A stretch of DNA of 64,000 bases from Takakia lepidozioides (Eukaryota > Plantae > Bryophyta), in NCBI GenBank assembly GCA_030704615.1, contig CM060732.1, positions 10,974,001-11,038,000 of the forward strand. The letters are read 5' to 3'. Below, piece by piece: positions 1-10,977 of the stretch (position 1 is its first letter; each line of letters opens with the position of its first letter). The notes beneath the pieces are model-generated. The model saw only the letters and a program-made list of their open reading frames with translations, did not search any database and was not told the origin of the DNA. The position numbers and the translations under genes were made by a program.

Positions 1-170
1 ATTCTGATAACTGTGACACTTGATATCAAGTTTTCTTTTGCTTTTATTCGGGGTCAATTTTGAAATGAGATGGTTGTGTGTCCATGTTGTCCTGTTTCTC
101 TGTGACTGGACTCAGACAGAGGAGCTGGGGGCCAAAGTTCAAATGAATACGATTGTTTCAGGGGGGGGAC

Positions 171-720
171 AAACATTGTGCGGTGCCGCACACTGTTTCG
201 TGCTTCCATTTTGGTTTGATTTATGAAGTGAAGAGGGGCACAAACAGTGCTGACATTTCAGTGTGAGTGTAGCCTGAAAGAATGTGCTAAGTGCCTACAT
301 TTCAAAGACTTAAAGAACAATGATGACGGGCTGAAACAGTGTGCGGTGCTGCACACTGTTTCTAGCTACCATTTCCATATGATTGAAGCCCAGTAGAAAA
401 AGGTTGCTAGATCAAACAGAGGATCTGGGGGCTACAAATCAAACAGATACGATTGTTTCGGGGGGGGCATAAATAGTGTGCGGTGCCGCACACTGATTCG
501 TGCTTCCATTGTGCAATGTTTGAAGTCTGGGGGAACAGATGTGGATGGCTACATCTCACAAAGAAAACAACTTTGACGACATGCAGAAACAGTGTGCGGC
601 ACCGCACACTGCTTTCAGCTTCCACATATGTCATCCTCAATAGTTTGAATCATGTCCTATGATCATCATTTTGAACCATTTTGGAGGGGCAGAAACAGTG
701 TGCGGTGCCGCACACTGTTT
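171..720. repeat. Array of five 28-bp palindromes (consensus AAACAGTGTGCGG-TG-CCGCACACTGTTT) within a degenerate higher-order repeat
   Basis: Copies at 171-198, 334-361, 471-498, 587-614 and 693-720, usually followed by -gcttccatt. Segment ~113-210 is duplicated at ~411-510. Confidence 0.85.
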
Positions 721-1699
721 TCAGCTTCCATTTCAGGGTGCTTGAATTTGCCGGCATGATTTCAATCACTACAACAGATTGCGACTTTTATTACTCCCAT
801 GGGTGCACAGTCATGACAGATTTGTGGCAGAAATGCTATTTGCAGTCGTAAAATGCTTTTGAAGTCATAATGTAGGTCTGGGGAAGGCATATATGGACTG
901 TATGGCTCCGGACTCTGCGCAACACAGGTCAAACATGTTTGACCACGAATATTGGCATGGCAGATATGACTACTAGTCACGGTCATGGCTACACTGGAAT
1001 AACGTGTGCATATTGCTAGACAGACATATGACTTCATGACTCTCACTCTAATGCATTCTGCCAGATCATCACATGGATGAATCACTACATGACTGCACGT
1101 GTCGACACATGCTTTTCTGGTTATATATGTAATATATGAGTATTTATATTTTGAAAAAACAGCCACTAGAATAAATTTTAAAAAATAAAATAAAAATCAA
1201 AGTGCAAAGAGATTTAAAAAAAAGCACATCGGCTGGTAAGTGCACAGTGTGTCGCCTTGGTGGTTTGGGGTTCTAACCCGCTGCCCTTATCCGTGTGTGG
1301 GATTGTTGGTGACAGTATGTCTGGGCGTTGGTCGTCCTCTAGGTCTTATGGCCCATAAATGAAGGCGGGTGAATTTTTCCCCCTCCTCGAGGGCCTGTGG
1401 TTTCCTTTAAGAAAAGAAAAATAAAATAAAATAAAATAAATCAAAAAGGGGCTTTTAGGGTTTACAAAAAGGTTAAAAAACTTAAAAAGTTGCCCATCAC
1501 GGTAGCTGTAAACAGACTTAGAGCGAGCGGGAGAGAGAGAGAGAGCGGGCTGGGACTTAGAGCGAGCGAGCGGGAGGGAGGGCAAACATGCATGGGAGGC
1601 CCGCAATTGGAGCAACCTTCGCATCTGAAGCAAACATCCTAGAAATGCTAGGGTATGTGTGTGAGGAGGTGCTAGGGTATGTGTCCGAGGAGGTTTCGG

Positions 1700-2400
1700 C
1701 TGGATTTCAGCCTGTTTTGCCCTCTCATCAGACTCGGCCCTGAATTTGAATCATGGAGCAGAGCTGGCATGAGTTTTTTAAAGATCCTTCACGATGGTGC
1801 GACAACCGCAATCGCAAGGTGTGGCTTTTTCTTAATGTACGATGTGAAGAAGTTTGTCCATCCTGCAAATGTGGGTTGTTGGCTCCTGTTAGTACCATGA
1901 TTTGATATTCTTCCTGATGTTTACAAGGTTCTTGGGAGAGTCAGCTTGGTCTTAGCAGGCCGTGTTTCAATGTCTGCCTGCTCAGCTGCACCGTGGTGCA
2001 AGTTCTCACAGACCAATCCGACATTACCTGACTACAAGACACAAGCAGCACACACAAGAGGTCCTTTTGGGTTGATGGTCGGTCAAATCCTCCATGGGTC
2101 ATGACACAAGGTCAAGGCCAATGTGGTGAGGGCACCTTCTTCTTCGACATATTTCAGCCTGTTTTGCCCTCTCATCAGACTCGGCCCTGAGATGCATATT
2201 GAATTTTGTAAGTTAGCTCATTGCTCGTTGATAAGTAGGGTTGGGGGTGTTTGCTAGAACAATTCTAGGCTGTCATTGTCAGCTGCTAGCAGGAAGGCAA
2301 GGATGTATGCATGATTTTGTGCAGAGGCATAGATAGCTGAAGGAACAGGGATAGAGTGTGGGCCCAGATTCGTCCAAGAGGGCCGGATTTCAAGCTCCAT
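1700..2400 (+). pseudogene. Captured exon/intron fragments of an OSB/PTAC9-like PDF-motif gene
   Basis: MEQSWHEFFKDPSRWCDNRNRK|gt-intron-ag|TNPTLPDY(fs)..FWVDGRSNPPWV and ..RGPDFK match the W..FF..P..WWDNR..K.NP..PDF/YKHK...LW...P.WV pattern. Frameshifted. Confidence 0.75.
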
Positions 2401-2969
2401 TATTTCAGTGTCATCCATTCAGCCAGGGATTTCCTGGTGACATTGCCAAGGCTTTACTCGCAACACGATGCTTGTAAAACTTCCTTAGCTTGAATGCTGA
2501 TTATGCTTGAATTATTAGGTTTGTAAAGCCAGTTTTGAAATTTTCATGGTAATCAGCTCTCTTGAAAATCTGTAGGTTGCAAGCCATTTACAGCGGGCCG
2601 TGGGTGGACTAGAAGACAGCCATTGAAAGTCCTGGTGCAATACCAGTGGAGAGCAGTGTAAGCTTCATATGCCCTTTTGGTGCTAGTTATCTTCATTTAT
2701 GGTACTGTTGAACACCAACAATCTTTTGGTGAGATTCTGTCTTGGTGCACGTGTCTGATAAATAAAGACTGTAATGTTTGTTCTGAAACCTGAAGGCGTG
2801 AAATGATTCAACACAACAAGAGCATTACGCGTGTCACCGTACAAGCTGTAAGAAAGCAAGAGATACATAGTTATACAGTCAAACAGACAACTATCAGTTT
2901 CTGTGGAATCTTGCCAATGGCAGGATGGATTGGGACAGCCAAGTCAGGAGGTGAATGCCTGTCAAATCA

Positions 2970-3460
2970 CCACATGTCCTTCTAAACACTGCCCCTACCC
3001 TGGTGGACATGTATGCCAAATGTGGGTGCATCGAGGATGCCAAGGGAGTGTTCAACACTGTGGCTGAACGAGATGTGGTGTTGTGGAGTGCGATGCTTGT
3101 AGGGTATGCACAGCTGGGGTGCGGGATGGAGGCTCCAATCTTTGAGCAAATGATGGGGGAAGGGGTGAAGGCCGCCAAGATAACGTTTGTGTGCGTTTGC
3201 AGTGCGTCTGGCAGCCCTGGGAAAGGGCAAAGAGATCCTTGGTGACATCATCAAATCTGCAATTGTACCAGATGTCATCCTGAACATTGCTCTGGTGGCC
3301 ATACATATGCTAAATGTGGGAGCATTGAGGATGCCAAGGGAGTGTTCAACACTATGGCTGAACCAGATGTGGTGTCGTGGAATGCGATGCTTGCAGGGTG
3401 TGCAGAGCAGCAGCGCGGGATGGGCTTTGGACACTGAAAACAAATGATGGGGAAAAGGGT
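2970..3460 (+). pseudogene. PLS-class PPR gene fragment (frameshifted)
   Basis: LVDMYAKCGCIEDAKGVFNTVAERDVVLWSAMLVGYAQ motif; several frameshifts. Confidence 0.85.
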
Positions 3461-4190
3461 GAAGGTACCTTCTTCAACATATTTCACCCTGTTTTCCCTG
3501 CTAGTGTTTGCTTTGACAATTCTAGGCTGTCATTGTCAGCTGCTAGCAGCAAGGCGAGGATGTATGCATGATTTGTGCAGAGGCATGGATAGCTGAAGGA
3601 GCAGGGATTTCGTGTGGGTCCAGATTCATCCAAGAGGGCCAGATTTCAAGCACAAGATTACCTGTGATTCCCTGCGGATCAATAGCTACAAGAAACCTGC
3701 ATGGGTAGATGGTCAACTGGCAGCAGCGGCACAAGTGATAAAATCAGGCACTGCTAATGAAGGCATCTTCTTCAACACATTTCACCCTGTTTTTCCCTCT
3801 TATCAGAATCGGCCCTAAATTTCCATGTTCAATTCTGCAAGTTAGCTGGTTGAGTGAATCTAGTTTGGAGTGACTTTGACATGATACTGCCAATGTGACA
3901 ACAGGAAAGTGTCAAAAAACAGGTAACAGAGATGAGGAGAAGTTGTGGAATGAATACTTATCTGAGCCCAGTCACTGATGGGTCAACCGGGGCAGAAAGG
4001 TAAATGCGTGCTACATTTCAGAGAGTAGCAGATGCAGTTCAGCATAGGAACTAGTGTGCTACGCTGAGTTGGGTGTTTCCTAGAACAAATGTAGGTTTTC
4101 ATTTTCAGCTGCTAGCAGCAAGGCAAGGATGAATGCTTGATTTGTGTAGAGGCATGGATAGCTGAAGGAGTAGAGATAGAATGTGGGTGA
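3460..4190 (+). pseudogene. Second block of PDF-motif gene fragments
   Basis: IHPRGPDFKHKITCDSLRINSYKKPAWVDGQL (~3625-3720), and DEEKLWNEYLSEPSH*WVNRGRK|gt (~3930-4000) with an in-frame stop. Confidence 0.75.
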
Positions 4191-5529
4191 CGCAGGGTGC
4201 TGGGCAATGGGCAAGACGTTTGTGTATAAACGTGAGTGACCTTCCTATCCTCCTGGCTCTCACATCCAACGATGGGTTCACCCTTTGAGGAGCATGTGCT
4301 GTGAAAGAGTTTCTCTGGATATTGGACAGAAACGTGCTCGGGTGGAGTTGAAGGCTACTTCTGTGGCATCCAAGGCCCCCAAGAGCTATCAGGCTGACAG
4401 ATGTCCAGAGCCGGCAAGGGACAAGACTGTTCGTGTGCTAAATGACACTAACAAGCCTGTTGATGGGGTTAGTGAGACAGGCGAGTGTCTCCAAAATGCT
4501 GCACCCTTAAGTACCCCATCAGCTTCTGTGCAGGGGGGAAATCAGAAGTTGCCATCGCTAGCAGACGGTAGATCGGCAAAGCTGGAGAAAGAAGTTAAAA
4601 TGGTGGTAGCAGAAGATCCGAAGCTCTTAGACATGTACATGACTGCTATCATAGTCATAATAATGACTATATCTATTTTCACTCTCCAATAGTACTACGC
4701 CACGTGGCAGAAATACAAATATGTAAAAAAATAGCAATACACCAAAAAAAAACACCCATCATGACACATGTCAATCTGTTGAGGGACCACGTGTTAAAAC
4801 TGCAATGCGCCACGTGTTGCAACCGGATTAGCACGCCCGTAGTCATAGTTCGCAGTCATGGAGAGCGAACACTCTGCCACGTGTCATTTTATGTATCGAG
4901 CATGTGTCACTCTTGCACAGCCGCTGACATGGACTACACTGTCCGTTCAGTCATTCAGTAAAGCCAGCGTGTATGACTACCCCCACAGCTGCTCAGGCGC
5001 CACATCACAGCCAGCCTGGAGAGTCATATCTGTCATGTCACAACTGACTAGGCTTTTACGTCTTCAGAGTCAGGAAGTCGTAAATGGCTTCCATAACTGC
5101 ATTTGCAGTCATAACACAGAGACGTAAAAGCCGCAATCTGTTGTAGTCAATGGCTGTCTTTCACTCCAAAATTGCTACTTTCAGAAAGGAGACAGCTAGT
5201 CGGTTAAATCTGGTCGTAGGCTCTGTGGAAAAAAAATGATTAGATATGGCTTGCTTCATATATTGATGCACTTGGACATAGGAGATGCATATGGCATAGG
5301 CTACACTAGTAGAGGTTGCACTTGGGCCTCGACATAAGAGATGCACTGGGATACATAAGAAATTGCACTTGGTCTTAGATTTCAATTCTTCACACATGGG
5401 CCAAAGGCACAGGCTACCCTAGAGGTCACATTTGGGCCTCGACATAGGAGACGCACTTGGATACATAGGGGATTGCACTTGGACTTAGATGACACTGGAC
5501 ACTTGGGCCAACGGCACATGCTACCCTAG

Positions 5530-6387
5530 TCAATATATGAAGCGAGACGTTTGTTTGTTTGTTTGTTTGTTTGTTTTGTTTTGTTTTTTAGCGTCGTTGA
5601 GATCTCCCAAACCGCGGGCCCCCAGCCCCCGTGCTTGGTGCCGTTGGAAGGCCCTCGATGGGGAGGGGTGCACCAGCTTGGTCTCATGATTTTTGGACCA
5701 GCGGTGTGGGAGATGTGGAATTTTGAGTGCTTTTGGTCGCTACAAATTCGGGAAAAATAGCAAAGTGGGCTTTCCTGGAGCAGTGATTGGCCCTTCACGT
5801 GGGAGATTTGAAATTTCAAGTACTTTTGGTCGCTGGAAATTTGCCAAAAAAAAAATAAAAAAATCAATATATCAATATATTAAGCCTCGACATGGGAGAT
5901 TGCAAAAATAGCAAAGTAGGCTTTGGGATTGCAATACTTGGACTTAGGTGACATTGGACACTAGAGGTCGCACTTGGGCCTCAACATTGTAGATACATTT
6001 GGATACCTAGGAGATTGCACTTGGGCTTAGATTTCAATTCTTCACACATGGGCCAATGACACATGCTACCCTAGATCTCCCAAACAGTGAGGTCTCTGCA
6101 TATATAGGGGATTGCACTTGGACATGGACGACTCTGGACACTTGGGCCAACAGCAGAGGCTACCCTAAAGGTCGCAATTGGGCCTTGACATAGGAGACGC
6201 ACTAGGATACATAGAAGATCTTTCACCTAGGCTTAGATGACACTGGACATTTGGGCCAACGGCACATGCTACCCTAGAGGTCGCACTTGGGCCTTGACAT
6301 AAGATACGCTCTTGGATACATAGGGGATTGCACTTGGACTTAGCTGATGACACTGGACACTTGGGCCAACGGCACCTGCTACCCTAG
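5530..6387 (+). mobile_element. Short non-autonomous Helitron-like element with internal (GTTT)n and reiterated 3' ends
   Basis: Starts TCAATATATGAAGCGAGAC then a gttt microsatellite; ends ggccaacggcacctgctacc-CTAG|T. The ~100-bp 3' unit ending accctag is tandemly repeated. A further partial copy lies at ~5250-5529. Confidence 0.65.
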
Positions 6388-6393
6388 TATTGA

Positions 6394-6969
6394 CTAGGGT
6401 AGCTTGTGCCGCTGGCCCAAGTGTCCAATGTCATCTAAGCCCAAGTACAATCTCCTATGTATCTGAGTGCTTCTCCCATGTAGAGGCCCAAGTGCGACCT
6501 CCAATGTCCAATATCATCTAAGTCCAAGTGTTATCCCCTATGCATCCAGAGACCATGCAGTTTGGGAGATCTCCACGTCATTGTTCCAACAAAGCCCACT
6601 TTGCTATTTTTGTAATCTCCCCTGTTAAGGCTTCATATATTGATATATCCACTTTGTTATTTTTTGCGAATTTCCAGAGACCAAAAATACTCAAAATTCC
6701 AAATCTCCCACATGAAGGGCCAATCATTGCTCCAGGAAAGCCCACTTTGCTATTTTTCATGAATTTTTGGAGACCAAAAGTACTTGAAATTCCATATCTC
6801 CCACACCGCGGGTCCATAAATCATGAGACCAAGCTGGGGCACCCCTCCTCATCGAGTGCTTCCTAACGACACCAAGCACCGGGGCTGGGGCCCGCGGTTT
6901 GGGAGATCTCAACGACGCTACAAAACCAAACCAAACCAAACAAAACAAATGTCTCGCTTCATATATTGA
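6394..6969 (-). mobile_element. Second copy of the same Helitron-like family, inverted (tail-to-tail)
   Basis: On the minus strand: A|TCAATATATGAAGCGAGAC ... CTAG|T. Its body is the reverse complement of ~5530-5950. Confidence 0.65.
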
Positions 6970-8193
6970 TGTGTAAATTTTAGAGGTCAGCAAAGGAATG
7001 TGAATGAAAACCGAGAACTGGGTAGCTAGCTGCCTAACACCAGTCTGCCCCATCAGCCCCTCATGGAGTCATGGTGGGTTACTTTGAAAGAGGTCAGTCA
7101 GTGGTCTTTTTTTTTTTTCTAATAGTTAACAGGGGACAGTGCCAAGTGGCCCTGAGAATTTTATCAATAAGTTATTGAAGGGAAAAAATTAAACCCTTCC
7201 ATACCCGAAGGTTGCCATGAGGCCTAAACATACGAGGCGCCGTGTAGGAGAATCCAGGGGAGCAGTGCCATGAGATAATGGCCCATTGATTAATCCAGCC
7301 AAGGAATGAACAATCAGAGAGAAGACCTGATTAGTTCTGGTCTTCTCTCTGTCACTCTTGGATGTTCCTTGGAAAAGAAAATGAAAAGAAACCGGAGAAC
7401 ACACATTCCTACTATGTATCCGGATAGCCTGTCATCAACCTCATTAATTGTGAAGGCATCCAGGGTGCACAATTATGACAGCACGCTTTTACTTTTTCCA
7501 TCCAGTATGCCCGGATCTGCTTTTTTTTCTTTCTAAGGGCCTGGCCGCACAGGGCAGCTAGAGGTAGAGGGGGGGGGTATAGGGCAGACCACGTGCGGGA
7601 GGCGCGTCCCCCGCAATGGCCGCACAGGCCAGCACGTAACGGGATATCATAAAATTTCATCCCACATGTTTCATTCTACTTTTACATCCATGGGAACTTT
7701 TCTGGGAACTAATCGCGGTAGTTGCTACGATGAGAACCGAGCATGTCTGAAGGAAGGAGCTCCGTGGAAGGAGCTGGGCAATCCACATCGAAGTTTGGGG
7801 GGGGCGCAGCAAAGAATGGAAGGTGTTGCGAGACACCTCTTTTGGGTAAGCATTGCAGAGATTGAGTAGAGAACTTGTCTCATTCAAGGATGTGAATGTT
7901 AGTATTGTGTGCGTTCTTCGAGGACCTTGAAGCACTTGAAGCTCTTTTGGTTCTGTCTTACCGCTGGTTTTTATGTGATCAATTTGTAATCCTTTGGGTT
8001 CTTCTTGGCACTCACGTAGGTATGTTTGCACAGTATGAGCAGTACTTATGCGATTTATTTTGCAACCAAGCCTTTTTCCTTAAAAGCTAGGACCCTGAGC
8101 ATTTGCCTCTAGCAACCATATGTGGAAGAAACAAGGCACAGGGCCCACAAGTTTCATTCAAAAAGAGATGTTGGAGGCATTGGTGGTAATGAT

Positions 8194-8932
8194 CAGTGTT
8201 GGGCGGGTATGACAATTTGGGCATATTGAAGGGTCCGGGTAAGGCATCTTTGCTTAAAACAGTGTGGAGGCGGTTATATATATGTAGGGGTTTGGAAATT
8301 GTGGCGGTTACAGGTTATCAATAGAGGGGTCCCCAAAAAAAATTTCTCGGGTTATCAATATGCCATTATCCAAGTGGAACACCACCGGGTCCATACAACG
8401 GTTATCAATATAACCTGATTTTCAGTTATGATACATTAAGATTTTGAAAGAAAGAAAAAAACAAAGGAAAAAAATGAAATATGAAGAATCACAATAAAAT
8501 AATAATAAGTAGACCAGATTTGGTTCAAAAAAAGGGAAAAAGAAAAGAAAAGAAAAGAGATAGGACTGCTTATGAGCTTTGAAGGTTTTGGGTTTTCCTT
8601 CCAAAAGCCTTTGACTAACAGTCCTCTTAAATGCGGACCCCATGTGGTTGCATAATTACTACCCATGAATACAGCTAGGTTGTAATAAAATCTCAAGGTC
8701 TTGTCTAAAAGTTACTACCCAGCTGATTTTCAAGGTTAAAGTCCAGTTCCATGTAGTAAGCCAAGTTGGCCCAGCCGGTCCCAGCTTGGGCCGGGTAACT
8801 CGCGAGATGGCCCTCTCCGGTTCTAACTCAAGCAGGGTCCACCAAAAATTTGGGTGGCGGGTCTCGATAGTATGATACCCTGATTATTACCCGTCCAGTA
8901 TATATGTCAACATATATACCCGCCCAACACTG
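8194..8932. mobile_element. Non-autonomous hAT element (MITE)
   Basis: Perfect 17-bp TIRs CAGTGTTGGGCGGGTAT / ATACCCGCCCAACACTG. 8-bp TSD GTAATGAT (8186-8193) / GTAATGAC (8933-8940). Internal ggttatcaata repeats. Confidence 0.9.
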
Positions 8933-9639
8933 GTAATGACTTCAAGTGCCTCTAGTGCTGCACTCTTTGTCTGGCTTTGTTGTAGAATAAGTATGACCCC
9001 CACAACTTGCTGGCCTCATTACAATCCAGACCATGCCAGAAAGCAAACAAAGGTTGTTGACATTCCAGTGAGCATTTTTCCCACCCAAATTCATATGCAA
9101 GACTCATGCCCCACAACCATGTTGTAATTGTTTCTTACCCTGATTGTCGTATGGTATTGAGCACTAATGTGCAATGGAGTTCATGTTCTGGAGTGAGCTT
9201 GTCCATCCCCTATATTTGGAGACGGCAGTCCTAAGCAATAGAACCAACAGGAGAGCCATGTAACTCCAGTTGAATTGTTGTTCAGTTTCCATTATCCTTT
9301 GTTGAAGATATCTGCTCGTGAGAAGTCAGAAAAATTGTTGTCAACTTCAAGGACATTAAAATATGGCAATGAATGTTTGCCCTCTCATATTTGCCCTCTC
9401 ATATTATTGCCATCATTATGATGCACAACTCCCCATGGGCATCAAACAAAGATTAGTCCACGAGTGTATACATCTCAGCTTGGAGTTCCCAAGGCACAAC
9501 AACAGCCCTCACAGTAGAGGGTTGGCATTAATACATGAAACCAACAAAGCCAGGAAAGCAATGGGCAGCGAAATGAACAGACTATTGTAAGTGACTGTAA
9601 AGGAAAAGCAAAGGAAGCCAGTGAAGCAAGGCAGCTACC

Positions 9640-10030
9640 CTGAAGTGAAATAATGGCAGGGTCAATAGGTGGTTGTGGCAGTGGTGACGGTTACAGTGGT
9701 GGTGACGACTTCACTTGCAAATCCTGCTCATATCAGGTAACAAAGAGTACCCAATCGTCAAGTTGGTAAGTTTCATGGATCACTTGCACCTTCCATTGCT
9801 AAAAGAATGGCTAGAGTAATTTATAATTACGCCCTTGCTGATCTCAACACAGTTGCATGATGGCCATATGTAAGCACCATCTGTTAAATTTATCCCACAT
9901 GGCAGAATGTCTGGAAGTTTGATATCCACCTTGATGTCAGATCCTCGGAAAATGATGTAGTCGTAGACTTTGTCACTGGCAGGGATCTGGGGCCCGTCCT
10001 TCTTGCGGCCCTCTGTCCCAAACGAACGTA
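9640..10030 (-). pseudogene. DCP5: Two-exon fragment of a DCP5/Scd6/LSM14 gene
   Basis: Exon [34 protein letters not shown]|gt (LSM14 Sm fold), then exon DLQVKSSPPL*PSPLPQPPIDPAIISLQ with an in-frame TAA. No other exons recognised. Confidence 0.75.
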
Positions 10031-10940
10031 CTACAAGCAACCCATCTCCCATAGGTTAGCAGAAAGCTTTGTTGCAAGTAAATGCGGAAGTCTCTGACAC
10101 AACACCGTTTCCTCTCCATAGTTTATTTGGTGGAACATTAGTGATCTCTAACATTACACATGCATGGAATGACATGAGCCCTCTATGCAAGGACCCTAGG
10201 AAGAAGTGACCAGTGATAACTTGTTAACTAGTTGGTTCCTCTGTATTAAGAAGCACTCTACGCAATGAGATACACTGTCGATTCTGCAGTCAGAATGACA
10301 CTTTATGACTCCAGTTGGCATGTATCCAGAACTGTTTACAAGCACTCCATCCAGTAATCAGCTGTCCCCCAACACCAGAGATCACTGGCATACTTATACC
10401 ACTCCCGTGGTAAACTCAAACTGTGTATACAAAGACACACGTAAGAGATACTCTACTTACCCTAACCAATCTTATTTGAGAGTCACTTCACTTGGCAGGG
10501 GAACAAAAGAATTAACTCAAGTGGAAATCAGTAGTCCCAACACCGATCAACAACTTTCAATCACACACCAGCTCATAAGGTTCAAAGACTAACATGTTAC
10601 AGCGTGCTACTCAAAGTAGGTAACACCGCGCGGTCACAAATGGCACATGTTACCCTCCTCAAAGTACAGGTGAACGCAATATCTCCCAACCAAATTACAG
10701 AGAGGGGACTGATGGAGCCAACTAGAAACAACCAGGTATTGACTTATTCCCCATCTTCTGAGATGGATCCATAAACATGATTTCTAGAAAATTGCAGAAG
10801 TACTTATGCACATTGGAGTGAGAACAAACTGAAACAAAGTAACACATCCTACCAAAACTGCAAATCCAAAATCAAGTGTGGCAAAACATGTGCATTTTCT
10901 CCCTACCCTTCCCTTGCTTTCCTTCACACAGAGATTGCTT

Positions 10941-10944
<4 letters not shown>

Positions 10945-10976
<32 letters not shown>
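10945..10976. repeat. (GA)n microsatellite at the 3' end of the LINE fragment
   Basis: Direct reading. Confidence 0.95.

Positions 10977-10977
<1 letters not shown>

Larger units (their letters stand above)
767..5148. mobile_element. Non-autonomous CACTA (En/Spm) element carrying gene fragments (Pack-CACTA)
   Basis: Left TIR CACTACAACAGATTGCGACTTTTA (767-790) matches right TIR TAAAAGCCGCAATCTGTTGTAGTC (5125-5148) at 22/24. 3-bp TSD AAT at 764-766 and 5149-5151. Subterminal short repeats (catgac/gtcatg, cacgtg). No transposase; interior holds PDF, PPR and other exon fragments. Confidence 0.92.

Noticed and set aside
171-720. CRISPR array
   Set aside because: Eukaryotic context, no cas genes, and spacers that are long, unequal and partly homologous to one another.
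5489-7053. Short ORFs as protein-coding genes
   Set aside because: They are translations of the Helitron-like repeat and its microsatellite.
7534-7640. PIF/Harbinger MITE (TAA followed by GGGCCTGGCCGCAC)
   Set aside because: No matching opposite TIR was found.
9690-9695. Stop codon rescued by U-to-C RNA editing
   Set aside because: Reverse editing is organellar; this is a nuclear intron-containing fragment, so pseudogenisation is simpler.
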